A stretch of 64,000 nucleotides of DNA, taken from assembly GCF_009914755.1 (NCBI RefSeq), contig NC_060947.1; one strand, written 5' to 3'. Of the stretch, positions 39,484 to 52,728 are shown one piece after another. Position 1 is the stretch's first letter. Each line of letters opens with the position of its first letter. This DNA comes from the human T2T-CHM13v2.0 reference genome, Homo sapiens. Under the pieces are notes generated by a model. The model did no database searches and was not told the origin of the DNA. It saw only the letters and a list, made by a program, of their open reading frames with translations. The position numbers and the translations under genes are program-made.

Positions 39484-42334
39484 TATTTGTGGTAACAAGC
39501 AGTTTATACTTTTAACTCTTCAGTTACTGCCACCTCTAGGGTGGGGACAACCCTGGGAAATATTTTTGTGGAACTCTTTACTGTTTATAAAATTAGGTTT
39601 TAAAATGAACTGCAAAATTCATGGGCCCACTTGAGGTATATACAGTGAGTTAATAAAGATTTAGAATGATGGGTCGAAAAGCAATGCTTATGTATTTGTT
39701 TCTTGTCTGATCTGTGCATATAAATATTATTCATGTTCAGGGACCATCTCTTTTTGCACTTTATTGTAAATATGCCATTCTTGGCTAATTTTATGTTGGC
39801 CACTATGAGAAAAACAGCGATACTGTTATTCACGAGTTATGGCTTTTCAGAGCCCATTTAATGAAATGATATAAATCTTATCTCTTCAGTTCTGTAATAT
39901 CATTTACTTACTGTTCATTACATCATTCCTCATGATGCTGCAGCATCCACGCCTCACTCTCCATTAATACTGGCCACAAATGTAAGCCTTGCCTAGGGTA
40001 TGCAGGAAAATGTGAATAATAATTTGTTTTCTGGTCATGTTAAATTTTTACAGTTTGGGGTTTTATAGCATAAAGGTAGAACAACACATCCTCCAATCAT
40101 GTCTTCTCTTCAATGCTTTGGGCCACAATTATTACATTCCTCAAATATGGTTGCTTTCAACATTGACTACACCCCCTGACTTCCATACAGTACCACCAGC
40201 TGGGAAGATAGGCCAGGGACCCATGGGCAGAATGAAAAGGGTGGTACTACCCATGCAAGGAACATCTGTCCCTCTTCTGGCACAGTTTAAGATCAGCCTC
40301 AGAAAATGTGATATCACCACATCAATTGAAGGCAAGAGAGGACAACAAGAAGAACTTTTGACATAGCAGCAGAATAGTCTTGAAAGCCTTTAGGGAACAT
40401 AAATGCGACCATCCACTGTCTGAGAAAAGACACAGAGCCTGTGCAAAAGAATGTGGTGACTGTCCTGGGTGCCAGTAGTGCGAAGGTGAGGGATTTAAAA
40501 AATGCCAACAGCTGCCCCCACTATCCTCTGGTGCTATAGGGAAATGGCTGATACGCAGTTGGAATGCAGATGAAAAAGAGCCAATACTTAGGTCAATGAT
40601 GCCCTAAAATTTTCATGTATTTAATGTGAATGAGAGTTGTCCAAAATCAATATCTCAGTACCTATCTGGCAACCCAACATTGCACAATCACTGGAAAATA
40701 TTCCATCAGCTAGTGGTAGCTATCAATTTACCAGGCTGCCCTCTTGGAACAGGGTCCCATTTAAAGATCCATGAAAGGATTTCACAGGAGTGAGTCTTGG
40801 GACTCATTAATGCAGCTGATTGACCCCATATTCAGAACAGAAGAACAGATAGTTCTCTGAAGAAGAGAAACTGGGACTGAGATCCACGCAGGTACCAGTC
40901 CACACTAAGGGCGACCTAGTGGAAGAGCTTTAGAAAATTTTGAGGAAGGCTTCTTTGCTCACAAAGTGCCGAGGACATGAGGACAATTTGGTGAAAGGCA
41001 TCTACCACAGTTGAAAAAAATTACAAAAGCTAAGCAAATCAGCCAAAATGCTTGGGCATTCCAATCAGATAGCTTTCTATACAAGATCATCACTTTCACG
41101 GTAAGCTTATTTTTATAAAATGTTAAGATTAGCAGAAAATCAAGCTGTCCTTTTGAGTGCGTTTTCCCTTCTTGTCTAAAGCTTGTGAATTAAAATCACT
41201 ATTTTTGGCAGATTTGAAAATAGGATGTGGGTATTAGAAAAGATGACATGGTTTTTCTTCTTGAACCATTTGAAAAAGAAGTGCTGAGGAAGGCATCATT
41301 TTTAGTGTGCTCTTTTAGCGACTTGGGAAGAGTTAGACTGCTTTATTGCTTGTGAACACACAGGCTCCAGGGCCCTATATTCTTAGGATAAAATGAGCTT
41401 TGGGACCTGAAGAGCCTCCACAGAGGCCTCTTTTATTGCTTACAAACTTCCTCTGTGATTAAGATCCATCCCAGACCGCAGCAGTTACGTGGCACAGACC
41501 CCCACATCTGCATATCTGCTAGCCAATTTCCTCTCTGCATAGGGGTTCCCAGACAAGTGCTAGAATTGGATGATTTTATTCCTTTTAGAAACGAATTGTA
41601 AAGCTGACATCCGGAACTATTATAGTGAACACCTTATGTCTGCTACACAATGGTCCTTTGCAAAGTGGTTTCCCTTTTAAGTAAAAGCAGTCGTGGCTTT
41701 AGAAAGTTCTTTTTTTTCTTCTGTATATGTTCTTCAATATACAGTGAGTACAGAAGAAAAGTAGAAACCTTCTTCCAATACAAATGAAGGAAAGGGTACC
41801 AGGGTGGTGGGAGAGGGGCAGGGAACCTACACTTTCTCATACAGGCATTCAGATTCCATTCCATAGAAATCTTACACAGTTCCAAAAAGAAAGAAGAAAT
41901 ATGTGTTCCATATGTATTTTTATGCCACACATGTGAATCAGAGATATTAAGAGGTAACAGCTTTCCTCAGGAAGAAAAATAGAGCAGCACATTTTTTAAA
42001 AGTACTATTCAGAGATGAAAATGCTATGTTTCATTAAAGGAAGATAGAATTTACTAATCTATGATTAAATTTTAACAATGATAACCAAAGGGTTTCTGAT
42101 TGAATTATAAATTAACAAGATCATCTCTTCTGAAACCCCTAAAATCTTGTTTCTTAGACTGTATCTACACAATGACTGAGTCACTGTGTTTGCAAGGATC
42201 ATCAAACTAAGCCACAGACCTTACTGCCTATGATATAGTTGCTCTGTGAGAGCAGCAGAGCATTTGGTTAGATATGTGTACGAGACTGAAGTCTTAACTC
42301 TTTCTTCCAAATTTATGGTTTATGATATCCTGGG

Positions 42335-42878
42335 TGTATTAGTCAGGGTTCTCCAGAGGGACAGAATAAGATATATATGAAAGGGAGTTTATTAGGAGAA
42401 TTGACTCACACAATCACAAAGTAAAGTCCCACAATAGGCTGTCTGCAAGCTGAGGAGCAAGGAAGCCAGTAGTGGCTCAGTCCAAGTCCCAAAGCCTCAA
42501 ATGTAGGAAAGCAGACAGTGCAGCCTTCAGTCTGTGGCCAAAGGCCTGAGAGCCCCTGGCAAACCACTGGTGTAAGTCCAAAAGTCCAAGGGCTAAAAAA
42601 CCTGGAGTCTGATGTTCAAGGGCAGGAAGCATCCAGCACGGGAGAAAGATGAAGGCTGGAAGCCTCAGCAAGCCAACTTATTCTACCTTCTTCCACCTGC
42701 TTTTTCTAACCATGCTGGCAGCCGATTGGATACTGCCCACCCAGATAAAGGGGGGGTCTTCCTCTCCCAGTCCACTGACTCAAATGTTAATCTCCTCTGG
42801 CAACACCCTCACAGGCACTCCGAGAAACAATACTTTGCATCCTTCAATCCAATCAAGTTGACAATATTAACCATCATA
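42335..42878 (-). mobile_element. MLT2A-like ERVL solo LTR
   Basis: tgtattagtcagggttctccagaggg...caatcaagttgacaatattaaccatcata; 5-bp TSD CTGGG at 42330-42334 and 42879-42883. Confidence 0.92.
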
Positions 42879-42939
42879 CTGGGTGACCTCATCCCCTTTG
42901 CTAGTTATAGAGCAGGGTGGCTAAGAAGGTCAAGGTGAG

Positions 42940-44700
42940 TATTCAACCCACGCAATCTGGCTTCTACCTTCACTTCTCCAATAAAACAGCTCTGGTAAGG
43001 TTCCCAGCATCCTCTCAATTTCAAATTCAATTATACCTCTCAGCTGAATTTGAGACTATTTCCCACTCCTTCCCCTTTGAAACTCTCATCCCTTGCTCTG
43101 ATAACACTCCTAATTCTTTGCCTTCTATACCTTTGATGGTTCTTTCTTACTTTGTTCCATTTTCTCTGCCTCGTCCTAAAAACTGGTGTGCTCGGGGTTG
43201 TGTTCCCAGTCTAAATATACTTTCTATTTAGATCATATTTTCTATTTAGATAATCTCATCTACTACTCTTTCATCATCTATAATTTCATCGGCTAACACC
43301 TATTTTCATCTGCTTGCTAAATCAATTGATAGGTAGATAGATATTCCACAGACATAAATGTAACAAAACTCGCTGCAATAGTCTCAATAATTTTCTTCCC
43401 CGAAATCCCCCACTCTCCCCAAAAAACCACACCCATCCTCTGGTAATCCACTTTTCAGTTAAAGGGATCACCCTTCCTTCCAATCACTCATCACCTTCTT
43501 TGATTACATCTTTGACCTCAACTGTCTCTTCCTACCTCTGCAAATCAAGAACTAAGAGAACAATCCCCTAAATCCCATTCAACTCTATTCCCTTGGACTC
43601 TCCTCCTCCCTTGATTCAATTTTATTCAGGACTTTTTGTCTCTTTCCTGAATTGTCGCACTAGTCTATTAACTATTAACTATGTGCCCTGCGTCTACTCT
43701 CTAACCCCTAAAATCTCTCCTTCTTTCTCAAGACAGAGTGGTTTTTCTGAAATACATCTTTGATCAAGTCACTTCCTTTCCTTATGAAGAATTCAGCTTA
43801 AGCAGATTCCCATTGCCTACAGATGCGATTCAATCACTTTTATAGAAGAACAGCAGTTACAAATTATTGAACACTTACTATGTCTCAGGGCTTGTGCTAA
43901 GTACTTGACAAACATCATACTTTACATAAATTAATCCTCACTCCGATACCATAGGTTGTTTCAATTATTATTCCCATTCTATAGGTGCAGAAACCAAAAC
44001 TCAGAAAGATCAGATAATTTGCCCAAAGATTACATAACTAGTAAGTGGCAGAGCCCAAATTTGAACCTGTTCCATCTGATCCAGAAACAGGGTTGTACAG
44101 CTTGTATCGTATACTATCTAGCCTAACTTGTCTTTCGATCCTTATTTCCATGATGCTCCACTACATAATTGTCAGTACTCCAGACACTCCAGACTACTTG
44201 CCATTTCTCAAAGACGCGATATGTCCATCTTTCATGCTTTTGTGTCTTTACACATGATATTCCCTCTGACTAGAATGCTTTTTTCCATCCCATGGACTTG
44301 ATGAATTTCTACTCATCCTCCTAGATCTAGCTCAAATATCATGACTGTGTAGCCCTGCCCACCTTCTCAGTCAAATCATTCCCTCCTGTATCAAACTGTA
44401 CTGCCTTGTATATGGAATAGAATGTAAGCTCAATGAGGATAAAGACTGGTTTGTTCACTGCTATTTCTCTGGTTTCTAGCACAGTGCTTTGCAGGTAATA
44501 GGCAGTCAATAAACATATTTTGAATGAATTAATTAATAATACCTTTTTCATAGAACTTATTATGATACTACACTAAAATTATTTCACATGCCTATTGCTT
44601 ATATGATACTGTAAGCTCTTTAGGGTGGAACCACATTTTACTACTGCATATCCATTGTTACTAATGCAATGTTTGACTCATAGTAGGCACATGTTAAATA
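42940..44700 (+). mobile_element. L2 fragments with a MIR inserted
   Basis: tctggcttctacc, cctctcagctgaatttgagact, agaatgtaagctcaatgagg...ttgttcactgct...tttgaatgaat. Confidence 0.75.
43855..44090 (-). mobile_element. MIR
   Basis: ttattgaacacttactatgt...taatttgcccaaagattaca...gtaagtggcagagcccaaatttgaacc. Confidence 0.8.
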
Positions 44701-44724
44701 TTTATTAAAAGAATAAATGTCTGA

Positions 44725-45510
44725 CACATGAAAAAATGCTCATCATCACTGGCCATCAGAGAAATGCAAATCAAAACCACAATGAGATACCATCTCACAC
44801 CAGTTAGAATGGCGATCATTAAAAAGTCAGGAAACAACAGGTGCTGGAGAGGATGTGGAGAAATAGGAACACTTTTACACTGTTGGTGGGACTGTAAACT
44901 AGTTCAACCATTGTGGAAGTCGGTGTGGCGATTCCTCAGGGATCTAGAACTAGAAATACCATTTGACCCAGCCATCCCATTACTGGGTATATACCCAAAG
45001 GATTATAAATCATGCTGCTATAAAGACTTGCGGCACTATTCACAATAGCAAAGACTTGGAACCAACCCAAGTGTCCAACAATGATAGACTGGATTAAGAA
45101 AATGTGGCACATATACACCATGGAATACTATGCAGCCATAAAAAATGATGAGTTCATGTCCTTTGTAGGGACATGGATGAAGCTGTAAACCATCATTCTC
45201 AGCAAACTACCGCAAGGACAAAAAAACCAAACACTGCATGTTCTCACTCATAGGTGGGAATTGAACAATGAGAACACATGGACACAGGAAGGGGAACATC
45301 ACACACCGTGGCCTGTTGTGGGGTGGGAGGAGAGGGGAGGGAGAGCATTAGGAGATATACCTAATGTTAAATGACAAGTTAATAGGTGCAGCCCACCAAC
45401 ATGGCACATGTATACATAGGTAACTAACCTGCACGTTGTGCACATATGCACATGTACCGTAAAACTTAAAGTATAATAAAAATAAATAAATAAAAAATAA
45501 AATAAAATAA
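44725..45510 (+). mobile_element. 5'-truncated L1PA (about PA4)
   Basis: ORF 44728-45048 is the ORF2p C-terminus; 3'UTR and A-rich tail; TSD aaaagaataaatgtctga at 44707-44724 and 45511-45528. Confidence 0.97.
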
Positions 45511-48059
45511 AAAAGAATAAATGTCTGAAATTAATGCCATAGAGAATCATTCCTTAAAATAGGTTTTGTGGTCCTAAAAGTTTCTTTTTTAAAATGCAAA
45601 TATGCCTGAGGGGAAGTATAGAGGCCACACTTTGGCAATTATTAGGTATTAGGACCTTAGCAGAGATTGATTTGCTAGATAGATTCCTAACATGACAGCT
45701 GCCAGCAGGTGGGATAGGACAGAATATGGTGCAGTACAACGGTTCCATAATAACGGACACAGTAGCGGTCTCTGAGCTGTCTAATGGTTGCCTAAAGGCA
45801 CCCAGTGTCTTGAAAAAGAAGAAACACCTTTGTACTTGTAAATGTCTCTATGTATGAGGTGCCTAGAAGTGGAGAGTAAAGCAGATGGTCAAATAAATAG
45901 GTTGCTAGTTGGATGAGCAAAAGGTTAGTCTGGGAAATTTACAGATGAAAGTTTTCCCACGATTTTACTATTCTGAACAGACAACTCTGACATGGAAATA
46001 CATAGACAGCACTCACTTACCAAAGAACAGATATTAAATGGATATCTTGAGTAGAAAGTAAGGTATCTCCATTTTGCTTAGAGCTGGCTCTCGACAGCAA
46101 TTTGTGACACTTTAGGCTCTTTGTATTATGAGCATGTAAGCCTGTTAATTGCTGGCAAGAGCCTCAGACATTGCTTGAAACCAACAAGACCATTTTCACA
46201 GCCCCCACTCCTAGAAGACACATATCAAAAAACCCACTTTGACATTTGCATTCTTTAGGGAGCACCTAGGGTTCTTTGGCTGGAGGAAGGAAAATGGATG
46301 GAAAAATCAGGTTTCAGCCTGTTCAAGAATTAGATTTACCTGACTAAATAGTTTTTCATGCAGAGTTAAAACCACTTAATGGGTCTATTTTCAAAGCTTC
46401 TTTGCATTGATTTTAGGAAGAAGTAACTTTCTAAGACCCTTTGCAAGATTTAGCTTACTTATGCCTCAAGCAAGCTAGAGTATAAAGTTTCTGAGGAAGA
46501 GAAAAAAAATTACCACACAATCCACAGAGGCCTCAATAAATGGGATAGAGAACAAAAATATAAGCAGCTGCAAGTCATTGTACCCAAAAGTTTGGGGTGT
46601 CATTATTTTTAGGCCACAGGAAACCAGGGCTAACCCCAAGTGCTCTGGAAAACAAAATCAGTTCCTTGCTCAATGAAACCTCCAGAGCTAAATGTCTTGC
46701 TGATTTAATTTGAGGGCCAGGAAGCCCTTCCATACCTTCCTTCCCCTACTTTCGAGCTTTCAATTCCCATAGTCAGTTTTTTCTTTGGGTTAAGATACTC
46801 AAATGAAATGGAAAAAAACCCTGAGGGTATGAAGACACTAATTTATTCGATTTAACTACCTTAGCACTAATTCACTTGTTAGCTACCAGGGAAACATCCT
46901 GGGAAGAGGAGAGTAAGGCCTTGAAAGCACATGATCAAGTTTTTCAAATAAGGGAAGGGGAAAGTTTAGAGCAGTACTGGCTACTATAAATCACCCTGGT
47001 TAAACAGGAAATGGTGCGAGAGCCCTAAACACAGTGTGGGCAGGCAGCAAGCAGTGAGGGCACCTAAAGGCAACGTAGGGAAATACCAAGTACCATGAAC
47101 AATTCTTCTGTGTCACAATTTTCCAAAGCTGCCCCCAAAAGCAACCTTACAAATTGATTTTGGCTCCCTTTCCTCACTCCCATGCCCCTGTACATCTGAA
47201 AACATTCATCTAACAAATGCATAGGGAGGCACTGCCAATCCACAGAGATCGGGAATCCACTTGTCACCAGAAATGGGATTGGGGGACACTCCGTGCTTCT
47301 CTTTGAATCAAGGTCTTTGACATGGGATGCCACAACTCAAAAAATCTGTGCTATCCTCATTATTCAGGAGCCCAGGTAAGCATATTGATGTATCTCTCAA
47401 CTCCAGCACAGCCCTCAGTCTCAACAATATGTCATGGGGAGTCAAACTACCTCTAGTCAATCATGCCAGTTTTTTTTCCTCCTAGGGTAGGAATGCCTGC
47501 CCCTCGATTGGCCTCAGTTTGAAGCCTTCAGGCCTTGCACCTTTCATACCCCATTACTCGCCATTACCTTTGCTCACAGAATAAAACCATCAAATCTAGT
47601 TTTGCTTCTTTTATTTTCAGCACTCTGCAACTCAGTCCATCTTCTTTTGTGGCATCTGTCTCTACTTACGACACTCCCCGATCCCTTTCTTCTATGTTCT
47701 CTGGAGCTGTGTTCCACTATCAGTTGCATTCCTTATATTTTCTACCTATCCCCAGAGGATTCTCTCTACCCTCTGATTTACCTGCTGTCTGCTGGCTTTC
47801 CCCTGAGAGTTCTGCCTCCCTCGTGACTATTTCAAAAGGAAGCCTCTCTTCCACTTCCTCTTCCTCTTTTTCTGTGTACCAAGAGAGTTCTGCCTTCTCT
47901 TCACTCATGTCGGTTGCCTGTCTTCTATTTTTCCAACACCTTCCTTTATCTAACTCTCTTCCATCGAAGCCCGTACTATAATCCAAGTACACCTCCACCC
48001 TCCCTTCCTCCACGATGGCATTGCTCACCCCCAAGTCCTCTTCCATTTTGTGCTTCTAA

Positions 48060-50025
48060 CAATATTTCCTCCCACACAGACTCCTGTCTAAGATGACATT
48101 AATTTCTCTCTGCATTAATCCATATGACACCCTGACCTAGGAATTTCTTGACTCCTTCTACTCTGAAGGCCTTCATTTCCACTCCTTTCCAGTTTCTTGA
48201 CCAAAATTTATAACTTCACCTCACCTGGAACTCAAACTAATACCCTGCCCTCACCCTTCTAGGAACAACCTGCTTTGCTCCCTCATAACATTTCTCCATT
48301 TTCCTGGTCTGTTTCACCCCCTCCATTGCCATCCCCTAACCCTCCTGTCCTCAGGTAACATAAACCAGGGAAACGTCATAAGATAAATCCATGTTAACTT
48401 TTCTTAGTTGAACCTTCAATGCTGCTGGTTATTTTATTTTATTCCTTACTTTCTGCCTATCCTAATCCTCCTAGCCAATGTCTTTACCTCAAGCCCCCAG
48501 TTTCACCTGCTCTACATGCAAAAACAAAACCAGAATTTTTAAAACACTTTGGTCCTTCAATGTTCTCAAGTAATTCCCCATTCATCATTCCTTTTACTGG
48601 CAAAAAATCAATGAGGTTTTATTTTGTACGTCTCTTCACCGCGCATCCCCTTATTAACTCTTAGTACTGTACAAATTGCTCACTTAAAAGTAACTAATGA
48701 TCTCCTAGTTGCCAAATACATCAGCCTCTTCTCCAGCTTCATCCTACCCCAACTCTCGAAGCATCTTATAGTTTATTAAACCCTATTTGTTAAATAAATA
48801 ATGAATACATCTATATATACCTTCTGCCTTCACTGTCACCTCTCCCATTCCCTCTTTCCCACCAGAAATATCCTTTGATGTCACTATGACAACAAGGCCC
48901 CCAACTTCTCCTACCCCTCTCAGTCATTTTGCCCTCCTCCTGACCCAGCATGCAAGCCCTCATCAACAACACTTCCACTAGATCTTCATTTATTTTGTCC
49001 CCTTTGCATTCTGCTGGTTTTGCCTTGCCAAAACCCATGCTTGGACAAACACAACTCTCCATTTTCTCTGCTCTACTTGCTGGCTGAAGTCACAAGACAG
49101 GACTAAATGCCTCAATTACACATGCATTGTAGGATTGGGTACCTAGGTTCTCAACATACTTCATCAGTTTTTTTATTTATCTCAAATCAACCCTCTATAT
49201 CAGCATTCCCTGAAATGCATTCCCTGGAACACTGATGATATAGGATATTAATAATAACTATGTGAAGAAATGGCTACTAACTGCCCTATAAATAAATTGG
49301 AAAATGCAAGACAAATGAAGGTAGGTAATTTCTGTACTACAGAAATACTAAGAATCTTTAATATTCTCATATATAATGTGAAATGCATACTGTGATTAAT
49401 TTCCCAGTACGTTTTCCCTAGAAACATTTTTCTATCTCCTGAAATAATATTCTGAGGGACATCATTTGGTAAAAATATTTTAATTTCACAGTCAGCCATT
49501 TCTATTTTCTCTTCTCAAATCTTCCCCAATCAACCCATTCACAAAACTCCAATGACACTCTAGGTCCTTTCATTCTTAGCTGATGGTTTTTGTCTCCTGC
49601 TCCACTAAGAAAAACATGTCCATTGTATGTGAACTGCCATTCTAGTTTGTAATTCTCTTTATTATATACACATAGCCTTCCACTGCTATAAAGCTAAACC
49701 TTGCTTTGTGCTACTGATCTCTCATCATCCCCATAATCTTGCTCTCTCTGCCACTGTCACCTTCTTCGTTCTTCATTCTCCCAGACTTGCACACCTTCAC
49801 CCAGACATGGGCTCACTAAAGTCCTTCTGTCCTAAAATAAGCAAACCTACACCATCTACAAGCTACTATTTATTTTCTGTCATCCCCATATTGCCAAAGG
49901 GAATGTCTGCCAAACCTATTTCCAGTGCCCTAGTTTAAGTCTCCATCATTTCTTGCATTATGTGAAGGCACCTGAATTTAGTTTCTAGTGGAATGCTGTG
50001 TACATTATAGGTACTCAATACATGT
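48060..50025 (+). mobile_element. Decayed L2 fragments, with a possible hAT-Charlie MITE at about 49200-49490
   Basis: Pyrimidine-rich; aatgatctcctagttgccaaatac, tcctgctccactaagaaaa, ccctagtttaagtctccatcatttct. Confidence 0.55.
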
Positions 50026-50046
50026 CTCTTAAGTGTGTTGTGCAAC

Positions 50047-51740
50047 AGAAGTCAATGAAAATCCCCAAAAGCACAATCCTGAATACCATAATCCCAAATT
50101 GTTAAAATTCTGAAAGATCAAAATCCCAAAAATATAATTCTGAATAAAATATCTATTAAATTCTTTAAAAAATATTTATTTACATTTATAAAACGGGATT
50201 TATTTGAGAAATATAAAAACATGATACTTCACAGGCCACTTTACACAATACAGTAGGCAATAATAACATACATATTGTTCAACCATAAACACTCAGATAT
50301 ACCGTCACACAGATATAACAGTTATGAGCAGACAAATTGCATTTATAAAGAGATAGGTCAAAAGGGAAATGTATAAATGCCTATCACCATGGTTGGTAAT
50401 TTTGTGCACCCAGGATAATAACTGCAGTCATCTGAAATACTGTGATGAACAACCTGATTGGCAAGATCTATCGGAAACTGAGGTGGGTCACCATCACAGA
50501 TGCAGTTGCCCAAAAAGCCAAGATGAGGAGAAATTTTATCAGTCACAAATACAGATGTACAAAAAGGACACGTCTTTATTAAGGAATTGTCAACAATTCC
50601 TTACAACATGAGGAATTTGGTTTAAGCACTATTTGTGCACAACAACATGAACACATAGTGCTTACACCAAAGTCAACATTTGGATAATGTATTTTCATGG
50701 TGTCAAATTTGCAAAAAAAATGCATAAAATAAATTAGAACTCTCTAAAAGTCTCACACAATTGATATGTTCAATATTGGAAATGATGCGAAGATGAAATA
50801 CATAGCATAGTGAATTGTAAAAAATAATGCTGACAATTTAAAATAGTAGAAAAAAACTAAAAAAGAAAAAGAAAAAACTAAAATTTGACATATGAAAAAC
50901 TGTATTACAGGGATAGATTACGGGCAATTGCACAGAGATAGTCCACAAGAGCTGGCAGACATTCACAATCGTTAACTATATGTTGAAGTCTTGCCTCATG
51001 ACGAATAGCTGCTTTTTTTCTTTTGGGACATGGCTGTCCTTGGAGAATATGTTCACATTCATTTTCTACATGGTGCTGTTCTTTTTGAAATTCTTCTATG
51101 ATTCAATATACACCAACATGAGCATTCCCTATTAAATTTTCCCATATTCTGTGCCATGCTTCTATGTTGTTTTGGGTATAAAAAAATCTGTTCAGCATGT
51201 ACTCATATACAGATCACAAATTTGGCAGAAACAATACTAGTGATCAAACAGCAACATCGTTGAGTGAGTATCTTCTTATCCTACCATACACATAACTATT
51301 CTCAAACCAGTCAGTAACTTTGCTGGCTTCTTCGGGCAAATGTGGCTTTAATTCATTAAAAGCTCCTGGAATGTCATCAGCTGGAAAGAATGCCAATGCT
51401 GGCAAATGATGCATTTTTAAACTGAAGTTTGCATTGTTGCCATATCGCATGGTAAATCTACTTAAGTGAATTTTCTTACAAGTGAAAATAAAGACAATAA
51501 CAAGGTAATAATTCTGTCTAACATGATGAAACTAACATGATGGAACTATTCTGCATACAACTGAAAACTACTCACCCCTTTCCCAGAATTCAACTTTCAG
51601 GATTTCAACTTTTGAAATTTCAATCTTTTGGGATTGTGATTTTCAGGATTTTAGACTTTAAGGATTTAGATCTTTCAGGATTTTGACATTCAGGATTATG
51701 GCATTCAGAATTGTGTTTTTTGGGATTATGATTCAAACCC
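50047..51740 (-). mobile_element. Ricksha-type MULE/MuDR DNA transposon, internally deleted
   Basis: Long imperfect TIRs built of aaatcc/ggattt units, right end ...gggattatgattcaaaccc; 9-bp TSD ttgtgcaac (50038-50046) and ttgtacaac (51741-51749). Confidence 0.9.
51061..51450 (-). pseudogene. MULE transposase C-terminal remnant
   Basis: LPALAFFPADDIPGAFNELK...DWFENSYVYGRIRR, then LFLPNL*SVYE...TQNNIEAWHRIWENLIGNAHVGVY*IIEEFQKEQ with in-frame stops. Confidence 0.85.
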
Positions 51741-51774
51741 TTGTACAACATTATGAAACTAGCCTGCAAACAAC

Positions 51775-52030
51775 AGCCTGTCTAGTTAAAAGAGCAGGCT
51801 TGGGACCCAGACTTGCCTGGATTCATATTCAAGCCTTAACTCTTACTAGCTCTTTAGTTTGGGCAATTTAAATAACTACTTCTTTGGAAGTCAGTTTCCT
51901 CATCTGGAAAATGCAGATAATAATGGTAACTACCTCATAAATGTACATGGAATAAATAAGTAAATACATGAAAAATGCTATAAAAAGTGTGGCAACTAGT
52001 AAGCAACCCAAAAATGTTAATGGCTGTTAG
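51775..52030 (+). mobile_element. MIR
   Basis: gttaaaagagcaggct...tcagtttcctcatctggaaaatgcagataataatggtaactacctcat. Confidence 0.85.
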
Positions 52031-52494
52031 CAGAATTACCTTGTTACATATTGATTATGATATAAACCGATTCAACAAACAGCTTCATAGACTTTCCAGT
52101 TCCTACATTCCCTGGCACCAGCACATGCTTTAACAGAAAAGGCCTTCTCTGGATCAGGCTAATAAAAGATACTGTTTCTGTCAACAAATCACTGAAAGTG
52201 ACAACATCAATACTGATTTGAAAGCAAGATTTGGCCCAGATGATTTCTAATCCACTCAAACTACCTCTAGAGAATTCAGGGTTGAATGTCATAAGGGATC
52301 TGATTATTCTTTGTGTGATGTTGTTTTATCACAGACTAGAGTAGGACATGGCCATAAAGGCCCATAAGCAAGTGATAGGGCATAGAGGATGGAAATTAAG
52401 GACAAGAAGCCCAGTGGTGTAGCACCAATCTATCCAAGTCCAGAGATGAAACTTGAGGGCAGAGACAGAAATTTAATTGTTAGAAAAGTATACA

Positions 52495-52715
52495 GGTTAG
52501 TGGTTAGAATTAAGCTCTGGACTCAAATTGCCTAGTTTCAAATCCCAAATCCTTATTCCTCCACTTGCTGAAGTATGACACTGAGCAATTTGCTTCACCC
52601 AAGTCTCAATTTCCTTGTAATCAAGGGATTGTGATATAACAGTACCACCTTTATAAGACAGTTGTGAAGATGAAATGTCAAAATCTATGCACATGGTTTG
52701 GCACAGTGCGTGGAT
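52495..52715 (+). mobile_element. MIR
   Basis: gtggttagaattaagctctggactcaaattgcctagtttcaaatccc...gcacatggtttggcaca. Confidence 0.8.
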
Positions 52716-52728
52716 CAATTTTACTTTT

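Noticed and set aside
39527-39540. CTCF-like motif ctgccacctctagg
   Set aside because: Mismatches at informative core positions; cannot be supported without ChIP data.
47535-48096. 148-aa Ser-rich ORF and antisense Glu-rich ORF
   Set aside because: Pyrimidine-skewed low-complexity sequence with no recognisable domain or convincing start.
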